Source of the DNA: Desulfomonilia bacterium
Lineage (GTDB): Bacteria; Desulfobacterota; Desulfomonilia; UBA1062
Length of the DNA: 64,000 bases
Direction: 5' to 3'
Assembly: GCA_050014195.1 (NCBI GenBank)
Contig: JBEKDT010000001.1
Span: 288,001 to 352,000 of the forward strand
Each line of letters starts with the position of its first letter. Within the stretch, counting starts at the first letter, position 1. A program made the position numbers and the translations under genes. Positions 46,277 through 55,594 of the stretch are shown one piece after another. The notes under the pieces were generated by a model, which saw nothing but the letters and a program-made list of their open reading frames with translations, did no database searches and was not told where the DNA came from.

Positions 46277-48208
46277 TTATAAGGCGTATACCCCTTTTTC
46301 ACCTGTTCGAATCCTCATGGCGTCTCTGGCATCCAGCACAAAGATCTTGCCGTCTCCCACATTGCCGGTAAAGAGTGCATCCCGCATGATTTCCATCACA
46401 CCCGGGACATCCCAGTCATTCACAACGAGGTCGACCCTCACCTTGGGGATGAAGGAAATCTTGTCGTTAATGGGCTCCGCATCTTTGTCCTTTTGGCCTT
46501 TTTGCCTGCCGAACCCCTTGACTCTGGTCACGGTCATCCCCAGGATGAGCTCTTCATCTTTCAGGATCTCCACGAGGACATTGAGCATATCAGGACGGAT
46601 CATGGCGGAGATCATTTTCAAGCTGTACGACCGTTTCACACCCGTCAACGCAACATAGGCAAGGCTGATCAGGGCCCAGGCGCCCGCGATAAGGAAGCAG
46701 ATATCCGCTTCTGCCTTGGAGTCGGCATTGCCGATGGAATACAGATAGACAATGGCCACAACCATAACCACATTGCCGATGATGCCGAGCACCGGGATAA
46801 TGCCGTGCTTGAGCACGCTGAAGTCGTCCCTGTTCTTGAAGGCGATGATGGTCCACACGCAGGTCAGGCCGTAGAGCACGAAGGTCCCGAAGTTCGAGGC
46901 CAGTGCGATGCCGGTGAGGCCTACCACCGAACGCACGCCGATTGCTGCGATGACTGCAGAGACGATAACCATGGCGCCGATTGCCACATGCGGGGTGCTG
47001 AATTTCTGATGGATAAAGCCCATCATGTTCGGAAGCTCGCGATCTCCTGCCATGCCGGCGCTCACCCGGATTGCGGTGTTCATGCAGCTGAGCGTCGTGC
47101 CTATGATCGCGATTACCACCGTAACCGCCATGGTGATCATCAGACCGAATCCGATGCCATGGAGCAGATTGTCGCCGATGAGCTTCGCCAGGTCGCCGAT
47201 AGGCGCGGCAGAAGCAGCGGCGGCAGCCATTCCGGTGGTAAGAGTCTTCCCGCTGCCGTTTGTCAGTTTTTCACTGATCATGGTGCCTGTTGCAAAATAC
47301 TCGATCAGGTATGCGAACAAACCCTGGATAACAAGCGAGATGATGATGGCCTTGGGAATATTCTTCTCCGGCTCCTTGGTTTCCGCAGCGAGAGCGGTGC
47401 AGCTCTCGAAACCGACCAGTATCAAAATGGCAAGGGTCGATTGGACCAGGACCCCGCTGAACGTGTGAGGACGAATAACATCCCATGCGCCGCTGAATGC
47501 CCAAGTAGCGGCCCCTTGAGGATTGCCCAGCCTGTACCATATGGCCAGACCGCTGAAAACAACAAGGGTTATGAGCTGTATCACATTGATCCAGATGGAG
47601 GTTTTGGTCGAGCCGTTCACGCCGCGATAGGCAATGTATCCGATTACAGCCGCAATGATGACGCCGATGATTGTCAGGGCTATATTGGATAACGTTCCGC
47701 CGGTGAATTGCGTATAGATGTAACCTATCATGATAGCGAACATGGCCACCATGACGCCCGGATATACCCAGTAGAACAGGTGCGCAGCCCAGCCGGTTGC
47801 AAGCTTTGACATACGGGCCATGGAATTCGGTGCGGCCCTTTTCGTGCCCGAGTTGTCGAGGAATGCCTTTTCCGCGAAATAGGTAACGCTGGCAAAGCCG
47901 GCCTCAGGATATATCTTCGCCAGTTGAGAATAGGAAAGGGCTGTGAGAAATGCGATTATCAAGGCAACCACAATCCCTGCCCATATATCGCCCGCAACCG
48001 ATGCCCCGCTTGGCGCTGTTGCGGCAGCCTGCATCTGGTACGTGATCCATAGGAACGCTCCAGGCGCGATCAGCGCCATGGCATTCACAGTTGCACCCAC
48101 CAATCCGAGTGTAGGTGTAACTAAAGACGAATTTTTACCTTCAGTCTTGGCAGAGCTTACAACTTCAAGGGTAGGTGCGGCTAAAGATGAATTAATTTTA
48201 CTGGCCAT
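46277..48208 (-). CDS. APC-family permease fused to a C-terminal PII domain
   Basis: About 12 TMs with GFES..ALAAE; C-terminal LKMISAMIRP...KGFGRQKG...TGNVGDGKIF...RIRTGE. Confidence 0.9.
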   Translation of the reverse strand: MASKINSSLAAPTLEVVSSAKTEGKNSSLVTPTLGLVGATVNAMALIAPGAFLWITYQMQAAATAPSGASVAGDIWAGIVVALIIAFLTALSYSQLAKIYPEAGFASVTYFAEKAFLDNSGTKRAAPNSMARMSKLATGWAAHLFYWVYPGVMVAMFAIMIGYIYTQFTGGTLSNIALTIIGVIIAAVIGYIAYRGVNGSTKTSIWINVIQLITLVVFSGLAIWYRLGNPQGAATWAFSGAWDVIRPHTFSGVLVQSTLAILILVGFESCTALAAETKEPEKNIPKAIIISLVIQGLFAYLIEYFATGTMISEKLTNGSGKTLTTGMAAAAASAAPIGDLAKLIGDNLLHGIGFGLMITMAVTVVIAIIGTTLSCMNTAIRVSAGMAGDRELPNMMGFIHQKFSTPHVAIGAMVIVSAVIAAIGVRSVVGLTGIALASNFGTFVLYGLTCVWTIIAFKNRDDFSVLKHGIIPVLGIIGNVVMVVAIVYLYSIGNADSKAEADICFLIAGAWALISLAYVALTGVKRSYSLKMISAMIRPDMLNVLVEILKDEELILGMTVTRVKGFGRQKGQKDKDAEPINDKISFIPKVRVDLVVNDWDVPGVMEIMRDALFTGNVGDGKIFVLDARDAMRIRTGEKGVYAL

Positions 48209-48253
48209 GGTAAATACCTCCTTTCCACAAGCTCAAGTATTGATAGTTGTTTG

Positions 48254-48270
48254 GGCAAATAACATGCCAG
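48254..48270 (-). promoter_or_regulatory. Sigma54 promoter of the permease-PII operon
   Basis: CTGGCATGTTATTTGCC, with correct GG-N10-GC spacing, about 45 bp upstream of the ATG. Confidence 0.8.
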
Positions 48271-48969
48271 TATAATGAAATGTTTCCTGATGACCGTAAT
48301 TAAATAGTTATTTCAATTTGTTAAAAGTTATTACGGAGTGGTTTGGATTTCCCTTTTAAGCCGATTGAGCTTTCTTGACATGCAAATCTATACATTATTG
48401 GATCATTGGAATATAATCTTGAATGGGTTCTTCAAGATGAAAATTGGTTGAACATATCTCCGAGATACAGGCTGGAAATCGAACCGGTTATCTCTCAAGG
48501 TGACCCGGTGGAAGTGACAATCACTCTCAAGCCTTCAACCCACCCAGGATCAAGTAAACATGGGTGATACCAGTCAATGTGCTCAAGGCACCCGTGCTTG
48601 TTATCCATCGAGAAAGCAATGCAAAAGGGTAGGTCCAGGCAGGTTCATATGCAGTATTAATGTATATATAGAATGCTACAAAAGGTACAAAATAGAATCG
48701 TTAATTATGTAAATAACCAAAATGAACCATCAAAATTAAAATAAAACATTAATAGTCCTTTTAAATGATCTTTACCTAGGATATAAAACATAATATCAAG
48801 GTGTTAAAAGTAGTTTATGGAGTTGTTTTATTAAATAACCTCTATAAACATATCGTAAGAACAGGGTAAATTCATACAAGAGTGTGATACTTGGTATGGG
48901 ATCTTTAGTTGTGGTCAGTCAGATATTAATTGAGGCAATCTATCCTACATAATAGCATAATAGAAGTGA

Positions 48970-49041
48970 CTGAGAGGGATGGATTCGAACCACCATAACG
49001 AGATCCAGAGTCTCGTGTCCTGCCAGTTAGACGACCTCTCA
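48970..49041 (-). tRNA. tRNA-Gln(CTG)
   Basis: TGAGAGG/CCTCTCA acceptor stem, CGAGA-CTCTGGA-TCTCG anticodon arm, GGTTCGAATCC; followed by TCA, so CCA is not encoded. Confidence 0.95.
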
Positions 49042-49453
49042 TCAGCTTTGATTCATTTTATGATCATTTTATACCTGATTCAAGGGCTTTTCTAGGATCA
49101 ACAACCAGGATATGATAGGGTGCTTACCATATACCTCCAACAAAAATCAGAGCTTCTAAAACGCGGTATCAGAGAAGAACTGGTCTTTGCTGTCCACTGA
49201 GTTCAGTTCCAAGGGCCTATGGAGTTTGAGCAACACCCCTAGCCTTCGGTTTGCGCCTAATAACATGCGCTTTACTTCATTCAGACTACCATGTTTAGCA
49301 GCTTATATTTTGATCTTGCAAAAATCACATAAAAGAATCGTAAATATGAAATAAAACGATAATGTGTATATACATGGCGCCTGCATATTGTTAAAGTCAA
49401 TTATATCAATAAGATAAAATGATTTATTGTTCTGGCACAGGAATTGTATTTAA

Positions 49454-50212
49454 TTGGTAGTCGGTCTTTATTTAGAGAAAGAGGTATGCCATGAGAGATG
49501 CCTATGCCGGAGACGATATATCCTTGTTCACCTCATCGCTTTGTTACTGTGTGTAACGATCCTTGTTGTCACCATAGGGGTAAAGTTCAAAGAAGGCGGG
49601 TGGATAACGCTGCTCATTACTACTTGTCTAATAGCTCTTTGCTATGTCATTCACGGTCATTACCGGAAAGTAAGAAAAGGGGTGCGTTCGCTTGATGACA
49701 TACTCATGGGGATGTACCTGGAAGGCTCGAAAGTGAATACCGACCCGTGCGATCATGAGAATTTGACGGCTATACTCCTTGTAGGTGGTTACAGTGGATT
49801 CGGCCTCCATTCCTTTCTTTCGATCATAAGGACATTACCGAACGTGTACAAGAATTTCATCTTCATCACAATCGGCGAGATCCCCCCGGGCTCTTTCAAG
49901 GGTGCCGATGAAGTGGAATCTCTGAAATGGGCTGTGAAAGACGGGTTGAAAAAATACGTGAATGTCGCACGCAAGCTCGGGTTGCGGTCAGATTATCGAA
50001 TGGATATCGGGATTGATGTGGTTGATACGGCAACAAGTCTTTGTGAGACTGTAGCGATAGAGTTTCCCAGGTCAACAGTTTTCGCGGGCAAGCTGATATT
50101 CATGAAGGACGGCATTTTTCAAAGATTTCTCCACAATGAGACGGCATTTGCCATACAGCGCCGCCTCCAGTGGGATGGCGTGGCCATGATGATCCTGCCC
50201 ATTAGGGCATGA
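49454..50212 (+). pseudogene. C-terminal fragment of an APC/KUP-like transporter
   Basis: Only the last two TMs (KFKEGGW) and the soluble tail (LHNETAFAIQRRL); the ATG with a good RBS (49491) is out of frame. Confidence 0.65.
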
Positions 50213-50536
50213 TTGTTACGGATAGCTTTTTACGCAAGTTCACCCAGAAGTATATATTACTGCGGAGATTGTTGCCCAAAAAATGGTTTGTACATTGATA
50301 AGGTTCCGGAGGTCTTGATCACTCGCTGACGTTACCAGAAGGATTCCTGATTTACTGGGTCTGACCTTCCCCCATATGACAGAACCGTTGATTCCTTTGA
50401 TTCCATATCGGGGTTTAGATGTCTGAAAACTGAACATATCGGTTTAAGATCTATGGTATTCAGCGCGTTTTTCGAAGATGACATGTGGAATAATCCAGGA
50501 TGATCAGATATAAATATATGTAGGGAGTTCACTTTC

Positions 50537-50722
50537 GTGGCAGATCAAAAGACGCAGCCATCAGAGATTAACTGTTTTACCTGTCAGCATTTCTACATCA
50601 CCTATGATCGCAACTTTCCTTATGGCTGTAGAGCGGTTGGTTTCAAGTCTCGATTAATGCCTTCTAAGGAGATGTATGTTAACTCAGGGATAGAGTGCCT
50701 GCTCTATAAGGAAAAAGATTGA
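50537..50722 (+). CDS. Small Cys-rich conserved protein
   Basis: NCFTCQHFYIT...PYGC...GFKS...P...SGIEC; AGGGAG RBS. Confidence 0.7.
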   Translation: MADQKTQPSEINCFTCQHFYITYDRNFPYGCRAVGFKSRLMPSKEMYVNSGIECLLYKEKD

Positions 50723-50939
50723 AAGCAATCTTCGCAAGCTTTCCCCTGGTTACAGCTATGCTGGTTCTAGATATTTTGAGGGACACATTTCATTTTCAAA
50801 TGACAACTTTCGGGTACATCCACGCACCGATTCCGACGAGAAGGGTTATTGAAATGAGCAATATAACCACATCTGTACCTACGCCATAGGCACTTACCGC
50901 CCCACTCACCATCAATGCACGCAATGCATCCACTTCATA

Positions 50940-51110
50940 TGTCAATGGATCACCTCCGACATTGGAAATCCGCACCTAGAAAAGCAAGTTGCTGTTGTAA
51001 CCACTCTGATGAAAATATCACCCAATTGGAAGCCATTTGAAAGGAACTTTCGAAGAGCTTTCCCCTCTGGTCCCGAGCAAATGGAGTGGATTGAAGAAGA
51101 CGATATTTAA
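50940..51110 (+). pseudogene. P63C-domain C-terminal remnant
   Basis: QWITSDIGNPHLEKQVAVVTTLMKISPNW..F...FRRAFP resembles the P63C tail; no start. Confidence 0.6.
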
Positions 51111-51124
51111 CTCAATTCGAAATA

Positions 51125-52480
51125 TTAGAAGTCGGTAATATTCCCCACTTCAAGTCCACGTTTTTTCATTGCGGCCCGGAATGTATTTTCGTCTGCTCCC
51201 GAGTTAACTAAATCCTCAATAAATTTACAGTTGCCCTTTCTAATGCCATCCATTTCTTTTTTGTGTTTTGTGCTAGCGTCTGAGTATTCTATAAATCCGT
51301 TTTTATAAATGACACGCTCAAAGTAAAAAGCTTGAGAATACTTTTTCTTTGAAGTTACATCCGTATAATGAATATAATAAAACGCATATTGATTGCCCTT
51401 GAGCTCCATCATTTTTATGCTCGGCTCATGAACAAATGTACTTCGACCAACCTGAATTTCATTTGTCCACGATTGAGGATGAGTAAGTAACGTCGGTATT
51501 GGATGAAGTTGAAAAATAAATGAGTATCCAAACATAGGCATAGCAGAACTCGTCCCAACATTAGTAATCTTAAAGTCTAATGATAGAACATTATTTAGTT
51601 TATCCATAATAAGTTTTGGCTCAGCAGTAAAAGATGGACGCCTTGCTTCGGAATTAGGCTGTTTAGGTAGTTTCTTAATAACCTCTTTTGCTATTTCTTC
51701 GGCTGATGGTGGTATTTTCTGTTCAGATTCTTTGGATTGTTCCGGGTTCCCTGGTTGTGGTAGAGGGGCCTTTAATGGTAAATTCATGCCAGGATATGGT
51801 TTAATCTGATGAGTTCTGTGTGAATGGTGCCAGTCATATTTACTTTCAATTTTATTTTCATTAATGTCGTAGCAACGCAAAACATATATAGCGGCGGTTC
51901 CCAATTGATTAGCATCATCTACCGTAAGATCATGTATAATGAATGGCAAAAATCCTACAATTTTCATCCCGCTCTTAATGGGTTCTTTCATAGTCTTATT
52001 ATATAGGGTTTCTGATTCATCAAGAACTACAGTTTCTCCGCCAATCATATCAAACATATTCTTTGGAGAAGAGCTTCTTATAATTTCTGGAGAATAACGA
52101 TGTGGAGTGGGGTTGTTTGGTAAATAAATATCAAGTTCCCAATGATCCGCAATACTTGGCTCACCATTGTTCTTAATGGCGGCACTCATGTATACAAAAG
52201 GCCTTGGTGGGACAACGTCCATATCTGCTCCCACCGCAACCTGATATACATTAAGATGAAGCCCTGGTTGAGTTTTTTTGTATTCATTCAACCACGCTAT
52301 ATAACAAGCCCAAAATAAGATCAGTAATGCAACACAAATACCCGATTTTCGTGTCATATGCTTTTCTTTGAGGACATGCCATAGCCAAATTACAGCCATA
52401 AAAATGCCCCCTGTAACATATATTGCCCAATTGGAAATGACGGACAAAAGAAAAATGGGTAAATTAGTAATGTAATCCAT
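51125..52480 (-). CDS. Hypothetical membrane-anchored protein
   Basis: N-terminal TMs, two beta-rich domains separated by a Pro-rich linker; AT-rich. Confidence 0.7.
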   Translation of the reverse strand: MDYITNLPIFLLSVISNWAIYVTGGIFMAVIWLWHVLKEKHMTRKSGICVALLILFWACYIAWLNEYKKTQPGLHLNVYQVAVGADMDVVPPRPFVYMSAAIKNNGEPSIADHWELDIYLPNNPTPHRYSPEIIRSSSPKNMFDMIGGETVVLDESETLYNKTMKEPIKSGMKIVGFLPFIIHDLTVDDANQLGTAAIYVLRCYDINENKIESKYDWHHSHRTHQIKPYPGMNLPLKAPLPQPGNPEQSKESEQKIPPSAEEIAKEVIKKLPKQPNSEARRPSFTAEPKLIMDKLNNVLSLDFKITNVGTSSAMPMFGYSFIFQLHPIPTLLTHPQSWTNEIQVGRSTFVHEPSIKMMELKGNQYAFYYIHYTDVTSKKKYSQAFYFERVIYKNGFIEYSDASTKHKKEMDGIRKGNCKFIEDLVNSGADENTFRAAMKKRGLEVGNITDF

Positions 52481-52617
52481 GAAAAAACCATGTTATCATT
52501 TCTCCAGTTTATTTAAAATATGTTTAATGACACTACCTTTAACTGGGACATTCCGAAAAAGAATGATGTAGATAATTTAACACATGAAATATTAATATTT
52601 CGATAAATTTAGAAACC

Positions 52618-52917
52618 ATGAAGAGAAAAGGGTTCACACCTTATGGTCCATCAAAGGCTGCGTTAGAATCAATGAGCATAATTTGGGCTCAAGAATTGGA
52701 AGGGAGTGGAATTAATTTGAATATATTATTGCCAGGTGGGGCAACACTAACTGGAATGATTCCAGAAAACTTTTCTCAAGAACAAAAAACATTATTATTA
52801 AAACCTGAAATTATTGGACCAGCTGCCGTTTATTTAGCCTCTGATGAAGCAGAACATATTAATGGAAAAAGAATCACCGCTACAGAATGGAATAAAGAAA
52901 ATGGAATTAATATCTAA
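52618..52917 (+). pseudogene. C-terminal fragment of an SDR oxidoreductase
   Basis: YGPSK (YxxxK), NILLPGG.T.T, YLASD..EHING; Rossmann N-terminus missing. Confidence 0.75.
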
Positions 52918-52999
52918 TTCATTAAAAGTATCTCGAATTGGATTAGGCTGTATGGAAATGTCAGAGTTTTATGGACTGAATCTCTGAATAGTTAGCAGG

Positions 53000-53257
53000 T
53001 TAATTTTCTCTTTGTATTGACTCCAACCTGAGTAAGTTGATATCGGTCTTCGGCTGATATTTGTGAATCAGTTCACCGATGGCCTCATTCACGAGAAGAG
53101 AAAGCTCTTTTCCCGTCAATGCGGAAAGAACAGTAAGGGCTTTTGCATACCGCTCTTCTATATAATAATTCCTTTTTATAAGCTTTGTATTCTTACCTTT
53201 GTTTCTCAGATCTAGTGGTTTCCTTCCTCTGGTGGCCATATTACCCTCACTTTTCAT
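53000..53257 (-). CDS. Small RHH-like DNA-binding protein
   Basis: KRNYYIE...ALTVLS....ELSLLVNEAI..LI.KY. Confidence 0.6.
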   Translation of the reverse strand: MKSEGNMATRGRKPLDLRNKGKNTKLIKRNYYIEERYAKALTVLSALTGKELSLLVNEAIGELIHKYQPKTDINLLRLESIQREN

Positions 53258-53410
53258 TATTTTAATTCTTCTCTGTTATTCTATTCACACAATTTTAGAT
53301 GAGAAACCTTAGATACTGATTCATATTTCAGTATTTTGCAAAGGGCAAGTAAGTAAAAGCCTTGCATTACTAAAACTCATACTCCTCATGGTCTACAATC
53401 GAAGATTTTT

Positions 53411-55225
53411 TTATCTCAAGGTCTGCAGGTAAGACCTCAGGTTCACCTTGCTGTTTTTCAGCCCTGTTTTTGTGCGAATCTTATACCGGTACGTATGGAC
53501 AGTATTGAGAGAAATATTCAATATCTCTGCGATATCTTTCGAGTTCTTACCTTCTTTGATCAGTGATGCAACCTGTATCTCATTTGGTGTGAAGCCAAGG
53601 AATTCTGAGGAGACATTCCTGATAAAGGGCGAAATAAGCTCTCCCAAAAGGGATTTTATCATGGAGCTGACCCTCACCTGGCCCTCTGCAAGGCCGGATA
53701 ATTCCAGTTTTTCGATGTAAGGCAGGACAGAGGTCTTGATATTCGAGATAATATTCATCTCCATGTTGACCTTGTCCTCTTCCCTCTGTTTGAGCAGGAC
53801 TTTCAGTGCAGAATTCATCTCTTGAAGCTCCTGCCGCCCCTTCTCCAGTTCGAGCTCCCTATATCTCAAAGCAATTTCACTCGTTTTCCTTGCCTCGTTC
53901 TCCTGATTCAGCTGTTCGTATGCTTTTGTGAGTTCTGCTGTTCGTTCATTGATCAGATCTTCAAGTTTTTCACGGTGCTTCTTCAATTCCATCTCAGCGC
54001 TTTTGCGGTCGGTGATATCCCTGCCGAAGCCGCAGATATACTCCCTGTCCCCCATCTGAAGATAGGCGCACTTAATTTCCTTCTGTACCAGACGTCCGTC
54101 TTTTGTCCTGTGGACAGTTTCATACAGCGGATGATCTTTTGCCTTGATCTCCAGGAAAACGTCATAATATTTATTTCCGTAGATCGGATCGAACCCTGAA
54201 ACACCGATCTGGATCATCTCATCTATGGTATATCCGAGGCTCTGTGCCGCCGCTTTGTTCACATACTCAATCGACCCGTCAGGGTTGACGAGATAGATCT
54301 CTTCACCGGTCTCCTCCACCATGAACTTGAATTGCCCGAGTATCTTTTCGGCCTGCTTGCGGTCGGAGATATCACGCGATACCCCATGGATCCCAATGAT
54401 TTTACCTGAATCGTCCCGTATTGCAGTCACAACACATTCCATCCATACGGTGGAACCATTCTTGTGGTAATATTCCAGCTCCAACTTAATACTTCTGTTC
54501 GGGTCAGTGCCTTCATCCTGATCGCGCTTGAGTTCTGCACTCCAGACTTCTAGCGCTTGTGCATAAGATTCCGGGGTCAACGTTGCGGTGGCCTTTTGTC
54601 CCATACGCTCCTGTGCCGTATACCCCAAGATCCTTTCAACAACAGGACTGTCATAGGTGACATTGAAATCCAGATCCGCCGTCCAGACGATGTCGTTCAT
54701 GTTTTCTGTAAGAAATCGGTACTTGGCCTCGCTCTTGCGCAATGCCTCCTCGGTCTGCCTGCGTTCGGTGACATCCCTGCTCACCCCACGAAATCCGACA
54801 GGTCTGCCGGAATCATCCCTGATGAGGGTAACGGACATCTCGTGAATGCGTTTAGCTCCATCTTTCATGATGATCTCATAATCCCTTAGTAGTACGGGTT
54901 CTCCAGTTTTATAAATTCGGAGAAAGTCTTTGTAAAGGACTCTTGAAGTCTGTTCGGATGTATATTGATGGTAGGTCATGCCCACCAGTTCTTCCCTTGA
55001 GTACCCAAGCATCTTCGTTTCCGCGTCATTTACGAAGGTGAACTTACCGGAAAGATCAATCTCTGTGTAACCTTCTTCCATGGTATCGAGAATAGTCCGA
55101 TGTCTCTCATCACTCCCGCGCAGAGCGTCTAAAGCATCTCTGTAAGCTCTCACCTGCCTTTGCAGATTCTTACACTCACTCATCAATTCATCGTATGTCA
55201 GCTTTTTGGTCATACCACTCCCCAT
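53411..55225 (-). CDS. PAS x3 plus LuxR-HTH regulator
   Basis: Three PAS/PAC units ending RDVTERR, RDISDRK, RDITDRK; FTPNEIQVA...HRYKIRTK-like HTH. Confidence 0.92.
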   Translation of the reverse strand: MGSGMTKKLTYDELMSECKNLQRQVRAYRDALDALRGSDERHRTILDTMEEGYTEIDLSGKFTFVNDAETKMLGYSREELVGMTYHQYTSEQTSRVLYKDFLRIYKTGEPVLLRDYEIIMKDGAKRIHEMSVTLIRDDSGRPVGFRGVSRDVTERRQTEEALRKSEAKYRFLTENMNDIVWTADLDFNVTYDSPVVERILGYTAQERMGQKATATLTPESYAQALEVWSAELKRDQDEGTDPNRSIKLELEYYHKNGSTVWMECVVTAIRDDSGKIIGIHGVSRDISDRKQAEKILGQFKFMVEETGEEIYLVNPDGSIEYVNKAAAQSLGYTIDEMIQIGVSGFDPIYGNKYYDVFLEIKAKDHPLYETVHRTKDGRLVQKEIKCAYLQMGDREYICGFGRDITDRKSAEMELKKHREKLEDLINERTAELTKAYEQLNQENEARKTSEIALRYRELELEKGRQELQEMNSALKVLLKQREEDKVNMEMNIISNIKTSVLPYIEKLELSGLAEGQVRVSSMIKSLLGELISPFIRNVSSEFLGFTPNEIQVASLIKEGKNSKDIAEILNISLNTVHTYRYKIRTKTGLKNSKVNLRSYLQTLR

Positions 55226-55594
55226 TTCATTAATTAACTTATTATATCACAAGCTGACGTCTATTCTAGCACATCCCATTCCCCCAATAGCCGCTTGGTG
55301 GCATAGATGAATTGGAATTAGAGAGTTATCTTTGGGTGGCATGTGCAGGGTCGAAGGCTTGCCCATGGAAAAGATCTTTTTAGTCAGTATAATCCCAGAG
55401 TGTATATTCCTTCGATATCTTATCGGTTTTGAGAAGGCTGAAAACTGAATATCTATTATAGTACTCTTTTCCCTGAATGAACACCTATCAGTTTACGCAG
55501 ATTAGGAGCATCATCCCCTCGATTTTGATAGCTAGTAGGGTTATAAAGTCATCAAGAATGGAGTGTTTCAGCCAATGTACTAAAGGAGGTACTC

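Noticed and set aside
46493-47692. 399-aa antisense ORF
   Set aside because: Shadow of the GC-rich permease gene; no motifs.
50537-50722. Uracil-DNA glycosylase label often given to such small proteins
   Set aside because: 61 aa is too short and UDG motifs are missing.
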